This document shows positions 56,005-64,000 of a stretch of 64,000 nt of DNA, piece after piece. The notes below the pieces were generated by a model. That model did no database searches. It saw only the letters and a list, made by a program, of their open reading frames with translations, and was not told the origin of the DNA. Position 1 is the stretch's first letter; each line of letters begins with the position of its first letter. This DNA comes from the human T2T-CHM13v2.0 reference genome, Homo sapiens, in the NCBI RefSeq assembly GCF_009914755.1, contig NC_060932.1. One strand, given 5' to 3'. The position numbers and the translations under genes are program-made.

Positions 56005-56702
56005 ATCAATCAGCTTATGTTAAGTACATTATGCTACAGTAACAAAGGACCTTTAAATTTTAGTAGCTTACAACAAGAAAGGTTTGTTTCTTGATCATAT
56101 TACATGTCTTTATTTCTCGATTATATTATACGTCTATTGTGGTTTGGCTGGAGCACTGCTCCAATCTTCTTCATTTTTGGGTCTAGGTTACAGAGGCAGT
56201 CACATCTGAGCCCCTACACCCATCTCATGGTAGAGAAAAAAAATAATGGCAGAATCATACTATGATTCTTACGATTTCTGCTCAGAAATGGTTCATGTCA
56301 CATCACACACATTTCATTGTTTAAAGCACTTTCAAACACAATATTACTAAATTTGGAGACCAGATAATTCTTTGTGATGGGGTTGGAAGAGCTATCTTGT
56401 GCATTATTATTTAGCAGCATCTTTTTTTTTTTTTTTTTTTTTTCCCACTAGATGCCAGTAACAGCCCCACAGTTGTAACGAACAAAAATGTCTGCAACAT
56501 TATCAAATATTCCCTGGGGGACGAAATGTTTTCAGGTTGAGAAGTATATGTCTAAATCTAATCACTTGGCTTAGTCTGGGGAACAGTGGTATAATCTTAC
56601 ATAACGGAGATGTACTGTAGAAAAGAACCTGCTATGGAGTGTTCCAAAAACTAAAAGCCTGATAAGAGAGCAATGCATATTTTTACAATAATACAATCTA
56701 CA
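56005..56702 (-). mobile_element. MLT1K-like MaLR LTR split by MER20
   Basis: ttatgctacagtaacaaa...gcttacaacaagaaaggttt...ttctgctcagaaatgg...aatacaatctaca. Confidence 0.65.
56327..56549. mobile_element. MER20 (hAT-Charlie) with internal poly-T
   Basis: ccagataattctttgtgatgggg...tttagcagcatc...cccactagatgccagta...aaaaatgtct; TSD gtttaaag/gtctaaat. Confidence 0.85.
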
Positions 56703-56714
56703 AGTACATAGAGA

Positions 56715-56738
56715 ACACACACACACACACACACACAC
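56715..56738. repeat. (CA)n microsatellite
   Basis: Read directly. Confidence 0.9.
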
Positions 56739-56814
56739 AGAGAATTAGCAAATATTTGAACTTTCTGTGTGCATGATGCCTCAAACGAAAGATTGAAATT
56801 AAGTCATTCTGTTT

Positions 56815-56836
56815 GTGACGTCACGTGCCCCAATCA
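56815..56836. promoter_or_regulatory. Candidate CRE, E-box and CCAAT composite site
   Basis: GTGACGTCACGTGCCCCAATCA; motif match only. Confidence 0.35.
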
Positions 56837-57562
56837 TTTGCTGATGATCTGAAGATCACTGAAGGGAAGGTTATTTTATTTTTTCACAGAATGGTATAGT
56901 TTAAAAATAGTCATAAGGTGGTAAAATTGATTCTAATGCTACTCTGAACCTCAAAAAAATCCAAATGTTCATGCCATATACTATACAAGGTTTTACAATG
57001 AGACTAAATGATAAAATACAGATGCTACAAAAATAAAATCCCAACCATGAGGAGATGTCCTCTAATTTCAATACCTACCATTAGCACTGGTAAGGAGAAA
57101 TTGATTATGGATCAAGCATTAAAGTACAAAAGGGACTTTAGATACCTTTATGCCGTTGAGGTAAGTTAAAAATTCTTGATTAAATAAAATCCAAACTTAA
57201 ATAATATTTTTAACATGAATTAAAAAATAAAACATTTGATTACAAAAGTATTAAAGGACAAAACCATCTCTTTCATTAAAAAACAAAAAAACAAACTGCA
57301 CTCATTTTAATCCTGAAGCATGCTGAATACCTAGCTCAAGGACTATAGCTTACATAGTATATCTGGAAAGTATTTAAGTCTCTTCAACATCTTTGTGTTA
57401 TCCATAAGTGTTCACTGTGTCTGTCAAAACACCAAGCAAGCAAATAAGAAAGGATAGGCTTATCCTGATCTAGTATTATTAGTTCTTGTGATAAAACTAT
57501 TCCTGGACAAACTATATTCGAATAACCCAGGACCTAGCATTGGCAACTACCCTGGCAGTCTT

Positions 57563-57924
<362 letters not shown>

Positions 57925-58576
57925 TAGAAACAGAGCCATTGGGAAAAGCCTTTTGGCTTCAGTTTTACCAGGATATCTGTCAATCTGTGTCTTGGGCTTG
58001 ACCACCAGGGCATTGAAATGTAATTTTAAATATGAGAAAATGCCCATAAATAGTATATTTATGTCATATTGCTTACTAGATACAGATAAAATTTCACCTA
58101 GACATACTCTCTATACTGTATTTTTTGGTGGGTGGCATTTATGACCCTTCGAGAAAGTTAGCACTTAGTTGAGATACCTTCTCTTCAAGAATATTCAAAA
58201 ATTCTTATTTTCCAAGTTCCAAGTTTTGGTTACCCCAGTGCTGAGTTGCAAGAGAGGGAGCACTCTAGTTCACCATCAAGTTGCAATACTTCTTACTATA
58301 AAAGCCGCCTGCCAAAGACACAGTGTAAAATTCAACCACACAAATTTATAAAAGTGTCCTCATGGTACAACATAATTCACTATGAATCCTGCATGAATTG
58401 AGCCTAACTAAGTCCCACTAAATCTTAAAGTCATGAATTTCCTTATATTGCCTGTGTGTTTCACTTCCTAATACCATTCTACCATTCTGTGTCTGTGCCT
58501 GTAAATTCAGAGATAAATGCAACAAAATCTAGGGCTAAAACAGGAATTTTTTTTTCTCCTAATCTGTGTTAAGCCT

Positions 58577-59252
<676 letters not shown>

Positions 59253-59322
59253 AGCCTTTATAGAAGGTCACAGAGTTCAAGCAGGTAGAATAAAAATAAT
59301 TTTTTAATAATTATACACTGAC

Positions 59323-59546
59323 ACCCAGGGACTCCCACTCCTAGGGGAAGGAGGAGCACACCACATCAAGGGAACACCCTGTGGAACAAAATAATTTGGA
59401 TGGCAGGCCTTGAGCTCCAGATCCTTCTGCTGGTGGAAAGCTTCTTTCAGCAGTGGCACAGTTGAAAGTGCTGGGCTCAGCAGAGGAAGCTTTCTGCTCT
59501 ATCCCAACACTCAGAAACTCCTGGTGTGCATGAAGGGTCTTGGAGA
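59323..59546 (+). mobile_element. L1PB-type 5'UTR fragment
   Basis: cctaggggaaggaggagcacaccacatcaagggaacaccctgtggaacaaaa. Confidence 0.65.
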
Positions 59547-59689
59547 AGAGGACCCTTCCATCCTGTTGTTCGGAGTTTATTGCATTTCACCCCTTTGAGT
59601 CCTGTCCTTCATGAAAATTTATCTTGCTTTTTGATCCATCGGTATTCATAGATTTTCATCTGCTTTCTTTTTATCTCTCACCCATATAT

Positions 59690-60498
59690 CAAGAAGATAT
59701 ATGGCCAGGAAACGTGAAAAAATGCTTAACATCACCAATCATCAAGGAAATGCAAATTAAACCACGATGAGATACCACCTTACTTTTGCAAGAATGGCAA
59801 TTATTTAAAAATCACAAAACAATAGATGTTGGTGTGGATGTGGGGAAAAGGGAACACTTATACACTGCAGAGGGCAATGAAAATTAGTACAACCTGTATG
59901 GGAAACAGCATGGAGATTCCTTAAAGTACTAAAAGTAGAACTACCATTTGATCCAGCAATCCCATTACTGGGTATCTACCCCCACAAAAAAAGAAGTAAT
60001 TATATGAAGGGATACTTGCACACATATGTTTATAGGAGCAAAATTCATAACTGCAAAGACATGAAACTAACCTAAGTGCCTATGAACTAATGAGCAGATA
60101 AGGAAAATACGATAAATATACACCATGGAATACTACTCAGCCATTGAAAGGAACAAAATAATGTCAGCAGCAACATGGATGGAGCTGGAGGCCATTATTC
60201 TAAGTGAAGTAATACAGGAGTGGAAATGCAAAAACAGTATGTCCTCACTTATAAGTGGAAGCTAAGCTATGACTATGTAAAGGCATAGAGAGTGAATGAT
60301 ATAATAGACTTTAGAGACTCAGAATGTGGAGGGTGGGAGGAGATGAGGAATGAAGAACTATCTATTGGGTGAAATATGTACTACTTGGGTGATGGGTGCA
60401 CCAAAATCAAAGAATTCACCACTATATAATTCATTTATGTAACAAAAAGCCACTTATACACAAAAAGCTATTTAAATTTGTAAAAATAAATAAATAAA
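59690..60498 (+). mobile_element. L1PB3-like 3' end
   Basis: aatagatgttggtgtggatgtggggaaaagggaacac...gggtgcaccaaaatc...aattcaccactatataattc, then A tail. Confidence 0.9.
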
Positions 60499-61231
60499 AT
60501 GCATACTGACAAAATCTAGGTTTGAATACATGGCTAAAGATTTAATAAGATAATTGATTATTTATGTTATACTCCTGAATAATTAGCTCCACCTAGACAC
60601 AGAAAATACTAGAATGCAAAGGCTCTGTGATGGAAATCCATCCTACTAAATCTAATAAATGACCAAGAAAGAATGAGAATAGATCCTTTGTGCAAGTTGG
60701 CAGAAATAAAGGGAATGAAGGAAGGTGGGGCTGAGCTAAGTGTAATCATCTTCTCCTTATAACCACACTCTCAGTTAAGCCAATCCTCCCTTAATAGTGA
60801 GAAATAACTGTGGAATGCTGAAGGAGACCAACAGTACCACTCAGAAAAACTCCCCCACATAGAAAAATAGAGCCAGAAAATAAAAGCTCCCCTCACCAAT
60901 AAGACAAATATTTTATTGAATGTTCTACTGAAATGTTTCAATGATGAGTATTAATATAATAAAAACATATGGCATAGAATAAAATTCAATCTTTAGAGAA
61001 GAAGAAAAAAGCTTCTTTTAAAATACACATGATTCTATATTATATATGGAATAAGATTAAATTGTAGTGCTTTCTGAGTGAGTTGTCCTTAGCATAAGAA
61101 ATGATCAATGTTGATAAAAGTAATTGTGTGATATTTTTTAATTATATATTGCTCTTTAGATACAAATAATTAGTAATTTATATTTAGAAAATAAAACACA
61201 AATAAATTTACAATATATCTTAATAACTTCA

Positions 61232-61559
61232 TGTGTTAGTCCCAGCTGCTGTAACAAAGTACCTTAGACTAGGTGGCTTGAACAACATTTATTTCTTACA
61301 GTTCTAGAGTCTGGACGTCTGAGATCAGGGTGCCAGCACTGTCGAGGTCACAGACTGCAGACCTCCTTGTATCTTCAAATGGAGGAAAGAGGACAAGAGA
61401 GCTCCTGTGGTCCCTTTTATCAAGGTAATAATCCTGTTCATGAGGGCTCTACTCTCATGACCTAATTGTCACCTAAATTCCCCACCTGTTACCATCTTGT
61501 TAAGGGGTAGAATTTCAACGTATGAATTTTGGGAGGACACAAACATTCAGTTCATAACA
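61232..61559 (-). mobile_element. MLT1A0-like solo LTR
   Basis: gctgctgtaacaaagtacc...catgagggctctactctcatgacctaat...acacaaacattcagttcataaca. Confidence 0.85.
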
Positions 61560-62469
61560 TATTACAACTTTTAAATTTTCACATTAGTTTATGCTAAAAT
61601 ACATTATTCATATCTCAAGTAGATAATACATTTCTTTCTTCTTTCTTATAATATTTAGGAATAAAGTTTCCTTAGAAAATACTGCCTTTCACCTTTTTTC
61701 AATAGGCAGTGATTTTTATCGGCTACTTACAAAGTGGACAATAATTTTCTCTCTTTGAAGTTACAATGGAGTATCCTGTACATTCAAAGACATCACACTT
61801 TCTTATAATGATGATGTTAGAATGTAAGTTGTTATTTTAAATCACCACCAATACTATCATTCAACTAGTATTTATTTGACACAACATATATATGGCATCT
61901 TTCTAGGTATGGTAGGTTGTTAGGTTTACTGAAATATATAGCTTATGAAGGGAGAATATAAAGATGATTCAAGAAATGCAACAGAGATTTTACTTGTAGT
62001 CACTAAAAATAATAATTATGTTAATAAAAAGAAGTATATTTTATGAGATAAAGAGTAAGTTTAATTTCAACATTGAGATACTGTATTTTTCATTGTTTCC
62101 CTAGACAGGTAAGTCAAAATCAGAAATCCGTTGTTTAAAAAATACATTTTTTTCTTAAACAATGCATCTTAAGTTGCTACTCTTATTTCCAAATTATATT
62201 TAGGAAGGCTGTGGTTTTACTTATTATATTTTAATATATTTTATTTTATCCTTAAAATCCCAAATTCTAAAAATCATAAACATTCTGTTCTATACTGTAG
62301 GTTTTTAAATGCCAAAATGGTATTGGAAATGCTTCAGAATTTTAAACTAAATTAAAATTATTAGTTAACTTTAAAAAATTACCTTGAGGTTCTTATTGTC
62401 CTGGAATACATTATACAAAAAAAATCAATTAGAAAGAATGCTGTTCAAAATACATTACATAATTTTAGT

Positions 62470-62870
62470 GACTTACGTATGCCTTTTTTGTTGGGTATAT
62501 TTATAAAATAGAAATTGTTGGGTTATAAGGTATGCATATATGGTAGATATGCCAAAGAGTTTTCCAAGCTTTCTTGAATAAATGTAGTCCACTGGCAGTG
62601 AATGAATGGTCCACATGTTCCAGAAAACATTATATCATGTCAGTTTATTTAATTTAGTCTAAAGGTTATCTTTTTTGGGTTTATTTTATTTTAATATATA
62701 GTAAAATTGACTATGATTTTGGATGTGAATTTCCATAAATTTTAGCACACATATAGCCACATATAACCAACCACACTACATCAACTCTATACCCTGACAA
62801 TTACTGATCTGTTCTCCATCACTATAATTTTGTCTTTTCAAGAATATCTTGTAAATGGAATTCTTACAAA
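62470..62870 (-). mobile_element. Two old L1 relics (L1ME-like ORF2 end and L1MC/MD-like 3'UTR)
   Basis: gggtatatttataaaatagaaattgttggg; actgatctgttctccatcactataattttgtcttttcaagaat. Confidence 0.55.
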
Positions 62871-64000
62871 TATAAAGTAAATGTTTATTTTCTGGCTATA
62901 CAACTAGAATAGAATACATAAAGACAAATATGTTTTATTCCTTATTGGCGTGGTACATGGTAGCTTGCCATGGACATTTGTCATACAACTGAATAAATAA
63001 ATGATGTTTGTTAGTTTATTTCAATTACGTTTTCAATTGTTTCAGTTTTAATAAAAATGAGCATTTTCACTGCTTTCATTTATTTTTTCTTTCCTCCATT
63101 ATTCACTCCCTTATTCAGAAACAGTTCATTATGTATCTTACTTTCTCAAAATATTAACCTTACTTTCACTTTAAATAGTATACATGGAAACTAATATTTT
63201 GTGTGTGTTAAGTATATTGATTTACTTGAAAAATAAAAGCAATAAAAGCACCTAATATATTCTCAATATACCTACAATGCCATAAAATGTACAAATATCT
63301 TGAACTACATGTGTCTATTGAACAGAGTAATGAATTATAGCAACAAAAAAAAAATACAAAATCCAAGTAATTTAGATCCACAGAAGTAAATTATTAGTTA
63401 TATATAGGTGAAAGTAAACATTTTATTTAAAGAATTAAAGTTTAAAAACAAATCTTGGCCTATTGCCAAATTGTTAGTTGGAAGTATTGTAGTGTTAGAG
63501 AATTTGAAAATCTGCTCAAATGTGTAGAAGAGTGCTTCACTTCACTTACTGCAGTCCACAGAAGTTTAAATGTGGTTAAGATACTTAGTTCAAATCAATA
63601 TTTTGCTGATCCATGTGTGAAAAGGTATATTCAACTGACTCTCCTAGTAATACCAAGTAACTATTAGAATAATTCCATGGGTATGTGTGTTTCTATTTTT
63701 ATTTTGTGTCTCTGAAAGCCTAGGGCATTGAATCTCTTCATTGCCTTTGTTAAACCTCATATGTAATTGAGCCTTTGTTGGAAACTCAGCCAAGTCTTAA
63801 AGATATTTCAAGCTACAACATATATTGTTACATAACTAGAAAGTGCAATAATCTCTCAGGAAACTACAGGAATTTGCATATGGCATGGACCATGACTTAA
63901 TTTTATGTTAGCTAAATTCCTTATCAAATTATTTTGAGATTTTTCTTTCCAACATAAGAAAAACAATTGAAAAATGGAAAATTAGTGAAACCAGACCTGA

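Overview
Human (primate) AT-rich, CpG-poor, non-coding DNA. An almost consensus AluYb8 points to human specifically. I found no credible protein-coding exon, RNA gene or CpG island, and the ORF track is explained by repeats, low-complexity sequence and chance. Much of the window is interspersed repeat: L1s of many ages, Alus, MaLR/ERVL/ERV1 LTRs, DNA transposons and L2/MIR relics. The main structures are: (1) a multi-layer nest at 13.3-20.7 kb, where an old L1 contains a two-LTR THE1 provirus that in turn holds a twin-primed L1PB1 and a young AluYb8; (2) an apparently full-length, dead Charlie3 hAT transposon at 46843-49544; (3) several template-switch or fold-back scars; (4) a compact CRE/E-box/CCAAT cluster in unique DNA. 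I did not find a convincing new biological system. Subfamily names come from remembered consensus sequences, not a search, and boundaries of old elements are approximate.
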